A DNA stretch of 64,000 bases from Eledone cirrhosa. Taxonomy: Eukaryota. This document shows positions 51,621-62,400 of the stretch, piece by piece. The first letter of the stretch is position 1, and the number at the start of each line of letters is the position of its first letter. A program made the translations under genes and the position numbers. A model generated the notes under the pieces. That model was not told the origin of the DNA. It saw only the letters and a program-made list of their open reading frames with translations, and did no database searches. Where the stretch lies: NCBI GenBank assembly GCA_964016885.1, contig OZ024744.1, positions 128,092,001-128,156,000 of the forward strand. Reading direction: 5' to 3'.

Positions 51621-52499
51621 GGGGGTAAGTTAAGTTGGGGGCAAGTTAAGTTGGGGTTAAGTTAAGTTGGGGTTAAGTTAAGTTGGGGTTAAGTTAAGTT
51701 AGGGTTAATTTAAGTTGGGGTTATGTTAAGTTGGGGTTAAGTTAAGTTGGGGTTAAGTTAAGTTGGTGTTAAGTAAAGTTGGGGTTAAGTTAAGTTGTGG
51801 GTTAAGTTAAGTTGGGGTTAAGTTAAGTTGGGGTTAAGTTAAGTTGGTGTTAAGTAAAGTTGGGCTTAAGTTAAGTTGGGTTTGAGTTAAGTTGGGGCTA
51901 AGTTAAGTTAGGGCTAAGTTAAGTTGGGGTTAAGTTAAGTTGGGGCTAGGTTAAGTTGGGTCTAAGTTAAGTTGGGGTTAAGTTAAGTTGGGGTTAAGTT
52001 AAGTTGGGGTTAAATTAAGTTGGGGTTAAGTTAAGTTGGGGTTAAGCTAAGTTGGGGTTAAGTTAATTTGCGGTTAAGTTAGGTTGTGGGTTAAGTTAAG
52101 TTGGGGGTAAGTTAAGTTGGGGGTAAGTTAAGTTGGGGTTAATTTAAGTTGGGGTTAAGTTAAGTTGGGGTTAAGTTAAGTTGGGGTTAAGTTAAGTTGG
52201 CGTTAAGTTAACTTGGGGTAAAGTTAAGTTGGGGTTAAGTTAAGTTGGGGTTAAGTTAAGTTGGGGTTAAGTCAAGTTGGGGTTAAGTCAAGTTGGGGTT
52301 AAGTCAAGTTGGGGTTAAGTTAAGTTGGGGTTAAGTTAAGTTGGAGGTAAGTTAAGTTGGGTGTAAGTTAAGTTGGGGTTAAGTTAAAATGTGGTTAAGT
52401 TCAGTTGGGGTTAAGTTAAGTTGGGGTTAAGTTAAGTTGGGGGTAAGTTAAGTTGGGGGCAAGTTAAGTTGGGGTTAAGTTAAGTTGGGGTTAAGTTAA

Positions 52500-53400
52500 G
52501 TTGGGGTTAAGTTAAGTTGGGGTCAAGTTAAGTTGGGGTTAAGTTAAGTTAGGATTAATTTCAGTTGGGGTTATGTTAAGTTGGGGTTAAGTTAAGTTGG
52601 GGTTAATTTAAAGTTGGGGTTAAGTTAAGTTGGGGTAAAGTTAAGTTAGGGTTAAGTTAAGTTGGGGTTAAGTTAAGTTGGGGTTAAATTAAGTTGGGGT
52701 TAAGTTAAGTTGGGGTTAAGTTAAGTTGGGGTTAAATTAAGTTGGGGTTCAGTTAAGTTGGGTTTAAATTAAGTTGGGGTTAAGTTAAGTTGGGGTTAGT
52801 TAAGTTGGGGTTAAGTTAAGTTGGGGTTAAGTTAAGTTGGGGTTAAGTTAAATTGGGGTTAAGTTAAGTTGGGGTTAAGTTAAGTTGGGGTTAATTTAAG
52901 TTGGGGTTAAGTTAAGTTGGGGTTAAGTTAAGTTGGAGTTAAGTCAAGTTGGGGTTAAGTCAAGTTGCGGTTAAGTCAAGTTGCGGTTAAGTCAAGTTGG
53001 GGTTAAGTCAAGTTGGGGTTAAGTTAAGTTGGGGTTAAGTTAAGTTGGGGTTAAGTTAAGTTGGGGTCAAGTTAAGTTGGGGTTAAGTTAAGTTAGGATT
53101 AATTTCAGTTGGGGTTATGTTAAGTTGGGGTTAAGTTAAGTTGGGGTTAATTTAAAGTTGGGGTTAAGTTAAGTTGGGGTAAAGTTAAGTTAGGGTTAAG
53201 TTAAGTTGGGGTTAAGTTAAGTTGGGGTTAAATTAAGTTGGGGTTAAGTTAAGTTGGGGTTAAGTTAAGTTGGGGTTAAATTAAGTTGGGGTTCAGTTAA
53301 GTTGGGTTTAAATTAAGTTGGGGTTAAGTTAAGTTGGGGTTAGTTAAGTTGGGGTTAAGTTAAGTTGGGGTTAAGTTAAGTTGGGGTTAAGTTAAGTTGG
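52500..53400 (+). repeat. Local duplication at 544-bp (34-monomer) offset
   Basis: The GGTCAAG...AGGATTAATTTCAG marker has AGGATT at 52551 and 53095, followed by the same TTTAAAG and GGGTTTAAATT variants. Confidence 0.8.
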
Positions 53401-56400
53401 GGTTAAGTTAAGTTGGCGTTAAGTTAAGTTGGGGTTAAGTTAAGTTGGGGTTAAATTAAGTTGGGGTTAAGTTAAGTTGGGGTTAATTTAAGTTGGGGTT
53501 AAGTTAAGTTGGGGTTAAGTTAAGTTGGAGTTAAGTCAAGTTGGGGTTAAGTCAAGTTGCGGTTAAGTCAAGTTGGGGTTAAGTCAAGTTGGGGTTAAGT
53601 TAAGTTGGGGTTAAGTTAAGTTGGGGTTAAGTTAAGTTGGGGGTAAGTTAAGTTGGGTGTAAGTTAAGTTGGGGTTAAGTTAAGTTGGGGTTCAGTTCAG
53701 TTGGGGTTAAGTTGGGGTTAAGTTAAGCTGGGGGTAAGTTAAGTTGGGGTTAAGTTAAGTTGGGGTTAAGTTAAGTTGGGTTTAAGTTAAGTTGGAGTTA
53801 AGTTAAGTTGGAGTTAAGTTAAGTTGGGGTTAAGCTAAGTTGGGGTTAAGCTAAGTTGGGGTTAAGTTAATTTGGGGCTGAGTTAAGTTGGGGTTAAGTT
53901 AAGTTCGGGTTGAGTTAAGTTGGGGTTAAGTTAAGTTGGGGTTAAGTTAAGTTGGGGTTAAGTTAAGTTGGGGTTAAGATAAGTTGGGGTTAAGTTAAGT
54001 TGGGGTTAATTTAAGTTGGGGTTGGGTTAATTTGGGTTTAAGTTAAGTTGGGCTTAACTTTAGTTGGGGTTAAGTTGGGGTTAAGTTAAGTTGGGGTTAA
54101 GTTAAGTTGGGGGTAAGTTAAGTTGGGGGCAAGTTAAGTTGGGGTTAATTTAAGTTGGGGTTAAGTTAAGTTGGGGTTATGTTAAGTCGGGGTTAAGTTA
54201 AGTTGGGGGTAACTTAAGTTGGGGTTAAGTTAATTTGGGGGTAAGTTAAGTTGGGGTTAAGTTAAGTTGGGGGTAAGTTAAGTTGAGGGTAAGTTAAGTT
54301 GGGGTTAAGTTAAGTTGGGGTTAAATTAAGTTGAGGTTAAGTTAAGTTGGGGTTAAGTTAAGTTGGGGGTAAGATAAGTTGGGGGTAAGATAAGTTGGGG
54401 CTAAGTTAACTTGGGGCTAAGTCAAGTTGGGGTTAATTCAAGTTGAGGTTAACTTAAGTTGGGGTTAAGTTAAGTTGGGGTTAAGTTAAGTTGGGGTTAA
54501 GGTAAGTTGGGGTTATGTTAAGTTGGGGCTAAGTTAAGTTGGGGCTAAGTTAAGTTGGGGCTGAGTTAAGTTGGGGTTAAGTTAAGTTGGGGTTGAGTTA
54601 AGTTGGGGTTAAGTTAAGTTGGGATTAAGTTAAGTTGGGGTTAAGTTAAGTTCGGCTTGAGTTAAGTTGGGGTTAAGTTAAGTTGGGGTTAATTTAAGTT
54701 GGGGTTAAGTTAAGTTGGGGTTAAGATAAGTTGGGGTTAAGTTAAGTTGGGGTTAAGTTAAGTTGGGGTTGAGTTAATTTGGGGTTAAGTTAAGTTGGGG
54801 TTAACTTAAGTTGGGGTTAAGTTGGGGTTAAGTTAAGTTGGGGGTAGGTTAAGTTGGGGGCAAGTTAAGTTGGGGTTAAGTTAAGTTGGGGTTAAGTTAA
54901 GTTGGGGGTAAGTTAAGTCGGGGTTAAGTTAAGTTGGGGTTAATTTAAGTTGAGGTTAAGTTAAGTTGGGGTTAAGGTAAGTTGGGGTTAAGTTAATTTG
55001 CGGTTAAGTTAGGTTGTGGGTTAAGTTAAGTTGGGGTTAAGTTAAGCTGGGGTTAAGTTGGGGTAAGTTAAGTTGGGGGTAAGTTAAGTTGGGGTTAAGT
55101 TAAGTTGGGGTTAAGTTAAGTTGGGGTTAAGTTAAGTTGGGGTTAAGTTAAGTTGGGGTTGAGTTAAGTTGGGGTTGAGTCAAGTTGGGGTTAAGTTAAG
55201 TTGGGGTTAAGTTAAGTTGGGGTTAAGTTAAGTTGGGGTTAAGTTAAGCTGGGGTTAAGTTGGGGTAAGTTAAGTTGGGGGTAAGTTAAGTTGGGGTTAA
55301 GTTAAGTTGGGGTTAAGGTAAGTTGGGGTTATGTTAAGTTGGGGCTAAGTTAAGTTGGGGCTAAATCAAGTTGGGGTTAAGTCAAGTTGAGGTTAACTTA
55401 AGTTGGGGCTAAGTTAAGTTGGGGTTAAGTTAAGTTGGGGTTAAGTTAAGTTGGGGTTAAGGTAAGTTGGGGTTATGTTAAGTTGGGGCTAAGTTAAGTT
55501 GGGGCTAAGTTAAGTTGGGGCTGAGTTAAGTTGGGGTTAAGTTAAGTTGGGGTTGAGTTAAGTTGGGGTTAAGTTAAGTTGGGATTAAGTTAAGTTGGGG
55601 TTAAGTTAAGTTGGGGTTAAGATAAGTTGGGGTTAAGTTAAGTTGGGGTTAAGTTAAGTTGGGGTTGAGTTAATTTGGGGTTAAGTTAAGTTGGGGTTAA
55701 CTTAAGTTGGGGTTAAGTTGGGGTTAAGTTAAGTTGGGGGTAGGTTAAGTTGGGGGCAAGTTAAGTTGGGGTTAAGTTAAGTTGGGGTTAAGTTAAGTTG
55801 GGTTTAAGTTAAGTTGGGGCTAAGTTAAGTTGGGGCTAAGTTAAGTTGGGGCTGAGTTAAGTTGGGTGTAAGTCAAGTTGGGGTTAAGTCAAGTTGCGGT
55901 TAAGTCAAGTTGCGGTTAAGTCAAGTTGGGGTTAAGTCAAGTTGGGGTTAAGTTAAGTTGGGGTTAAGTTAAGTTGGGGTTAAGTTAAGTTGGGGTCAAG
56001 TTAAGTTGGGGTTAAGTTAAGTTAGGATTAATTTCAGTTGGGGTTATGTTAAGTTGGGGTTAAGTTAAGTTGGGGTTAATTTAAAGTTGGGGTTAAGTTA
56101 AGTTGGGGTAAAGTTAAGTTAGGGTTAAGTTAAGTTGGGGTTAAGTTAAGTTGGGGTTAATTTAAGTTGGGGTTAAGTTAAGTTGGGGTTAAGTTAAGTT
56201 GGGGTTAAGTTAAGTTGGGGTTGAGTTAATTTGGGGTTAAGTTAAGTTGGGGTTAACTTAAGTTGGGGTTAAGTTGGGGTTAAATTAAGTTGGGGGTAGG
56301 TTAAGTTGGGGGCAAGTTTAGTTGGGGTTAAGTTAAGTTGGGTTTAAGTTAAGTTGGGGCTAAGTTAAGTTGGAGCTAAGTTAAGTTGGGGCTGAGTTAA

Positions 56401-59400
56401 GTTGGGGGTAAGTTAAGTTGGGGTTAAGTTAAGTTGGGGTTCAGTTAAGTTGGGGTTAAGTTAAGTTGGGGTTAAGTTAAGCTGGGGTTAAGTTAAGTTG
56501 GGGTTAAGTTAAGTTGGGGTAAGTTAAGTTGGGGTTAAGTTAAGTTGGGGTTGAGTTAAGTTGGGGTTGAGTTAAGTTGGGGTTAAGTTAAGTTGGGGTT
56601 AAGTTAACTTGGGGTTAAGTTAAGTTGGGGTTAAGTTAAGTTGGGGTTAAGTTAAGTTGGGGGTAAGTTAAGTTGGGGGCAAGTTAAGTTGGGGTTAAGT
56701 TAAGTTGGGGTTAATTTAAGTTGGGGTTAAGTTAAGTTAGGGTTAATTTCAGTTGGGGTTATGTTAAGTTGGGGTTAAGTTAAGTTGGGGTTAAGTTAAA
56801 GTTGGGGTTAAGTTAAGTTGGGGTAAAGTTAAGTTAGGGTTAATTTAAGTTGGGGTTAAGTTAAGTTGGGGTTAAATTAAGTTGGGGTTAAGTTAAGTTG
56901 GGGTTAAGTTAAGCTGGGGTTAAATTAAGTTGGGGTTCAGTTAAGTTGGGGTTAAATTAATTTGGGGTTAAGTTAAGTTGGGGTTAGTTAAGTTGGGGTT
57001 AAGTTAAGTTGGGGTTAAGTTAAGTTGGGGTTAAGTTAAGTTGGGGTTAAATTAAGTTGGGGTTAAGTTAAGTTGGGGTTAAGTTAAGTTGGGGTTAAGT
57101 TAAGTTAGGGTTAATTTCAGTTGGGGTTATGTTAAGTTGGGGTTAAGTTAAGTTGGGGTTAAGTTAAAGTTGGGGTTAAGTTAAGTTGGCGTAAAGTTAA
57201 GTTAGGGTTAAGTTAATTTGGGGTTAAGTTAAGTTGGGGTTAAATTAAGTTGGGGTTAAGTTAAGTTGGGGTTAAGTTAAGTTAGGGTTAAATTAAGTTG
57301 GGGTTCAGTTAAGTTGGGGTTAAATTAAGTTGGGGTTAAGTTAAGTTGGGGTTAGTTAAGTTGGGGTTAAGTTAAGTTGGCGTTAAGTTAAGTTGGGGTT
57401 AAGTTAATTTGGCGTTAAGTTAAGTTGGGGTTAAGTTAAGTTGGGGTTAAGTTAAGTTGGGGTTAAGTTAAGTTGGGGTTAATTTAAGTTGGGGTTAAGT
57501 TAAGTTGGGGTTAAGTTAAGTTGGAGTTAAGTCAAGTTGGTGTTAAGTCAAGTTGGGGTTAAGTCAAGTTGGGGTTAAGTCAAGTTGGGGTTAAGTTAAG
57601 TTGGGGTTAATTTAAGTTGGGGTTAAGTTAAGTTGGGGGTAAGTTAAGTTGGGTGTAAGTTAAGTTGGGGTTAAGTTAAGTTGGGGTTCAGTTCAGTTGG
57701 GGTTAAGTTAAGTTGGGGTTAAGTTAAGCTGGGGGTAAGTTAAGTTGGGGTTAAGTTAAGTTGGGGTTAAGTTAAGTTGGGGTTAAGTTAAGTTGGGGTT
57801 CAGTTAAGTTGGGGTTAAGTTAATTTGGGGCTGAGTTAAGTTGGGGTTAAGTTAAGTTCGGGTTGAGTTAAGTTGGGGTTAAGTTAAGTTGGGGTTAAGT
57901 TAAGTTGGGGTTAAGTTAAGTTGGGGTTAAGATAAGTTGGGGTTAAGTTAAGTTGGGGTTAATTTAAGTTGGGGTTGAGTTAATTTGGGTTTAAGTTAAG
58001 TTAGCCTTAACTTAAGTTGGGGTTAAGTTAAGTTGGGGTTAAGTTAAGTTGGGGGTAAGTTAAGTTGGGGGCAAGTTAAGTTGGGGTTAATTTAAGTTGG
58101 GGTTAAGTTAAGTTGGGGTTAAGTTAAGTTGGGGGTAACTTAAGTTGGGGTTAAGTTAAGTTGAGGGTAAGTTAAGTTGAGGTTAAGTTAAGTTGGGGTT
58201 AAGTTAAGTTGGGGGTAAGTTAAGTTGGGGGTAAGTTAAGTTGGGGTTAAGTTAAGTTGGGGTTAAATTAAGTTGAGGTTAAGTTAATTTGGGGTTAAGT
58301 TAAGTTAGGGTTAATTTCAGTTGGGGTTAAGTTAAGTTGGGGTTAAGTTAAGTTAGGGTTAATTTAAGTTGGGGTTATGTTAAGTTGGGGTTAAGTTAAG
58401 TTGGGGTTAAGTTAAGTTGGTGTTAAGTAAAGTTGGGGTTAAGTTAAGTTGTGGGTTAAGTTAAGTTGGGGTTAAGTTAAGTTGGGGTTAAGTTAAGTTG
58501 GTGTTAAGTAAAGTTGGGCTTAAGTTAAGTTGGGTTTGAGTTAAGTTGGGGCTAAGTTAAGTTAGGGCTAAGTTAAGTTGGGGTTAAGTTAAGTTGGGGC
58601 TAGGTTAAGTTGGGTCTAAGTTAAGTTGGGGTTAAGTTAAGTTGGGGTTAAATTAAGTTGGGGTTAAATTAAGTTGGGGTTAAGTTAAGTTGGGGTTAAG
58701 CTAAGTTGGGGTTAAGTTAATTTGCAGTTAAGTTAGGTTGTGGGTTAAGTTAAGTTGGGGGTAAGTTAAGTTGGGGGTAAGTTAAGTTGGGGTTAATTTA
58801 AGTTGGGGTTAAGTTAAGTTGGGGTTAAGTTAAGTTGGGGTTAAGTTAAGTTGGGGTTAAGTTAAGTTGGCGTTAATTTAACTTGGGGTAAAGTTAAGTT
58901 GGGGTTAAGTTAAGTTGGGGTTAAGTTAAGTTGGGGTTAAGTTAAGTTGGGGTTAAGTCAAGTTGGTGTTAAGTCAAGTTGGGGTTAAGTCAAGTTGGGG
59001 TTAAGTTACGTTGGGGTTAAGTTAAGTTGGGGGTAAGTTAAGTTGGGTGTAAGTTAAGTTGGGGTTAAGTTAAAATGTGGTTAAGTTCAGTTGGGGTTAA
59101 GTTAAGTTGGGGTTAAGTTAAGTTGGGGGTAAGTTAAGTTGGGGGCAAGTTAAGTTGGGGTTAAGTTAAGTTGGGGTTAAGTTAAGTTGGGGTTAAGTTA
59201 AGTTGGGGTTAAGTTAAGTTAGGGTTAATTTCAGTTGGGGTTATGTTAAGTTGGGGTTAAGTTAAGTTGGGGTTAAGTTAAAGTTGGGGTTAAGTTAAGT
59301 TGGGGTAAAGTTAAGTTAGGGTTAAGTTGAGTTGGGGTTAAGTTAAGTTGGGGTTAAATTAAGTTGGGGTTAAGTTAAGTTGGGGTTAAGGTAAGTTGGG

Positions 59401-62400
59401 GTTAAATTAAGTTGGGGTTCAGTTAAGTTGGGGTTAAATTAAGTTGGGGTTAAGTTAAGTTGGGGTTAGTTAAGTTGGGGTTAAGTTAAGTTGGGGTTAA
59501 GTTAAGTTGGGGTTAAGTTAAGTTGGGGTTAAGTTAAGTTGGCGTTAAGTTAAGTTGGGGTTAAGTTAAGTTGGGGCTAAATTAAGTTGGGGTTAAGTTA
59601 AGTTGGGGTTAATTTAAGTTGGGGTTAAGTTAAGTTGGGGTTAAGTTAAGTTGGAGTTAAGTCAAGTTGGGGTTAAGTCAAGTTGCGGTTAAGTCAAGTT
59701 GGGGTTAAGTCAAGTTGGGGTTAAGTTAAGTTGGGGTTAAGTTAAGTTGGGGTTAACTTAAGTTGGGGTTAAGTTGGGGTTAAGTTAAGTTGGGGGTAAG
59801 TTAAGTTGGGGTTAAGTTAAGTTGGGGGTAAGTTAAGTTGAGGGTAAGTTAAGTTGGGGTTAAGTTAAGTTGGGGTTAAATTAAGTTGAGGTTAAGTTAA
59901 GTTGGGGTTAAGTTAAGTTGGGGGTAAGATAAGTTGGGGGTAAGATAAGTTGGGGCTAAGTTAAGTTGGGGCTAAGTCAAGTTGGGGTTAATTCAAGTTG
60001 AGGTTAACTTAAGTTGGGGTTAAGTTAAGTTGGGGTTAAGTTAAGTTGGGGTTAAGGTAAGTTGGGGTTATGTTAAGTTGGGGCTATGTTAAGTTGGGGC
60101 TAAGTTAAGTTGGGGCTGAGTTAAGTTGGGGTTAAGTTAAGTTGGGGTTGAGTTAAGTTGGGGTTAAGTTAAGTTGGGATTAAGTTAAGTTGGGGTTAAG
60201 TTAAGTTTGGCTTGAGTTAAGTTGGGGTTAAGTTAAGTTGGGGTTAATTTAAGTTGGGGTTAAGTTAAGTTGGGGTTAAGATAAGTTGGGGTTAAGTTAA
60301 GTTGGGGTTAAGTTAAGTTGGGGTTGAGTTAATTTGGGGTTAAGTTGGGGTTGAGTTAAGTTGGGGGTAGGTTAAGTTGGGGGCAAGTTTAGTTGGGGTT
60401 AAGTTAAGTTGGGGTTACGTTAAGTTGGGCGTAAGTTAAGTCGGGGTTAAGTTAAGTTGGGGTTAAGTTAAGTTGGGTTTAAGTTAAGTTGGGGCTAAGT
60501 TAAGTTGGAGCTAAGTTAAGTTGGGGCTTAGTTAAGTTGGGGGTAAGTTAAGTTGGGGTTAAGTTAAGTTGGGGTTCAGTTCAGTTGGGGTTAAGTTAAG
60601 TTGGGGTTAAGTTAAGCTGGGGTTAAGTTAAGTTGGGGTTAAGTTAAGTTGGGGTTAAGTTAAGTTGGGGTTAAGTTAAGTTGGGGTTGAGTTAAGTTGG
60701 GGTTGAGTTAAGTTGGGGTTAAGTTAAGTTGGGGTTAAGTTAAGTTGGGGTTAAGTTAAGTTGGGGTTAAGTTAAGTTGGGGGTAAGTTAAGTTGGGGGC
60801 AAGTTAAGTTGGGGTTAAGTTAAGTTGGGGTTAAGTTAAGTTGGGGTTAAGTTAAGTTAGGGTTAATTTCAGTTGGGGTTATGTTAAGTTGGGGTTAAGT
60901 TAAGTTGGGGTTAAGTTAAAGTTGGGGTTAAGTTAAGTTGGGGTAAAGTTAAGTTAGGGTTAAGTTAAGTTGGGGTTAAGTTAAGTTGGGGTTAAATTAA
61001 GTTGGGGTTAAGTTAAGTTGGGGTTAAGTTAAGTTGGGGTTAAATTAAGTTGGGGTTCAGTTAAGTTGGGGTTAAATTAAGTTGGGGTTAAGTTAAGTTG
61101 GGGTTAGTTAAGTTGGGGTTAAGTTAAGTTGGGGTTAAGTTAAGTTGGGGTTAAGTTAAGTTGGGGTTAAATTAAGTTGGGGTTAAGTTAAGTTGGGGTT
61201 AAGTTAAGTTGGGGTTAAGTTAAGTTAGGGTTAATTTCAGTTGGGGTTATGTTAAGTTGGGGTTAAGTTAAGTTGGGGTTAAGTTAAAGTTGGGGTTAAG
61301 TTAAGTTGGCGTAAAGTTAAGTTAGGGTTAAGTTAAGTTGGGGTTAAGTTAAGTTGGGGTTAAATTAAGTTGGGGTTAAGTTAAGTTGGGGTTAAGTTAA
61401 GTTGGGGTTAAATTAAGTTGGGGTTCAGTTAAGTTGGGGTTAAATTAAGTTGGGGTTAAGTTAAGTTGGGGTTAGTTAAGTTGGGGTTAAGTTAAGTTGG
61501 CGTTAAGTTAAGTTGGGGTTAAGTTAAGTTGGCGTTAAGTTAAGTTGGGGTTAAGTTAAGTTGGGGTTAAGTTAAGTTGGGGTTAAGTTAAGTTGGGGTT
61601 AATTTAAGTTGGGGTTAAGTTAAGTTGGGGTTAAGTTAAGTTGGAGTTAAGTCAAGTTGGTGTTAAGTCAAGTTGGGGTTAAGTCAAGTTGGGGTTAAGT
61701 CAAGTTGGGGTTAAGTTAAGTTGGGGTTAAGTTAAGTTGGGGTTAAGTTAAGTTGGGGGTAAGTTAAGTTGGGTGTAAGTTAAGTTGGGGTAAGTTAAGT
61801 TGGGGTTCAGTTCAGTTGGGGTTAAGTTAAGTTGGGGTTAAGTTAAGCTGGGGGTAAGTTAAGTTGGGGTTAAGTTAAGTTGGGGTTAAGTTAAGTTGGG
61901 GTTAAGTTAAGTTGGGGTTCAGTTAAGTTGGGGTTAAGTTAATTTGGGGCTGAGTTAAGTTGGGGTTAAGTTAAGTTCGGGTTGAGTTAAGTTGGGGTTA
62001 AGTTAAGTTGGGGTTAAGTTAAGTTGGGGTTAAGTTAAGTTGGGGTTAAGATAAGTTGGGGTTAAGTTAAGTTGGGGTTAATTTAAGTTGGGGTTGAGTT
62101 AATTTGGGTTTAAGTTAAGTTGGCCTTAACTTAAGTTGGGGTTAAGTTAAGTTGGGGTTAAGTTAAGTTGGGGGTAAGTTAAGTTGGGGGCAAGTTAAGT
62201 TGGGGTTAATTTAAGTTGGGGTTAAGTTAAGTTGGGGTTAAGTTAAGTTGGGGGTAACTTAAGTTGGGGTTAAGTTAAGTTGAGGGTAAGTTAAGTTGAG
62301 GTTAAGTTAAGTTGGGGTTAAGTTAAGTTGGGGGTAAGTTAAGTTGGGGGTAAGTTAAGTTGGGGTTAAGTTAAGTTGGGGTTAAATTAAGTTGAGGTTA

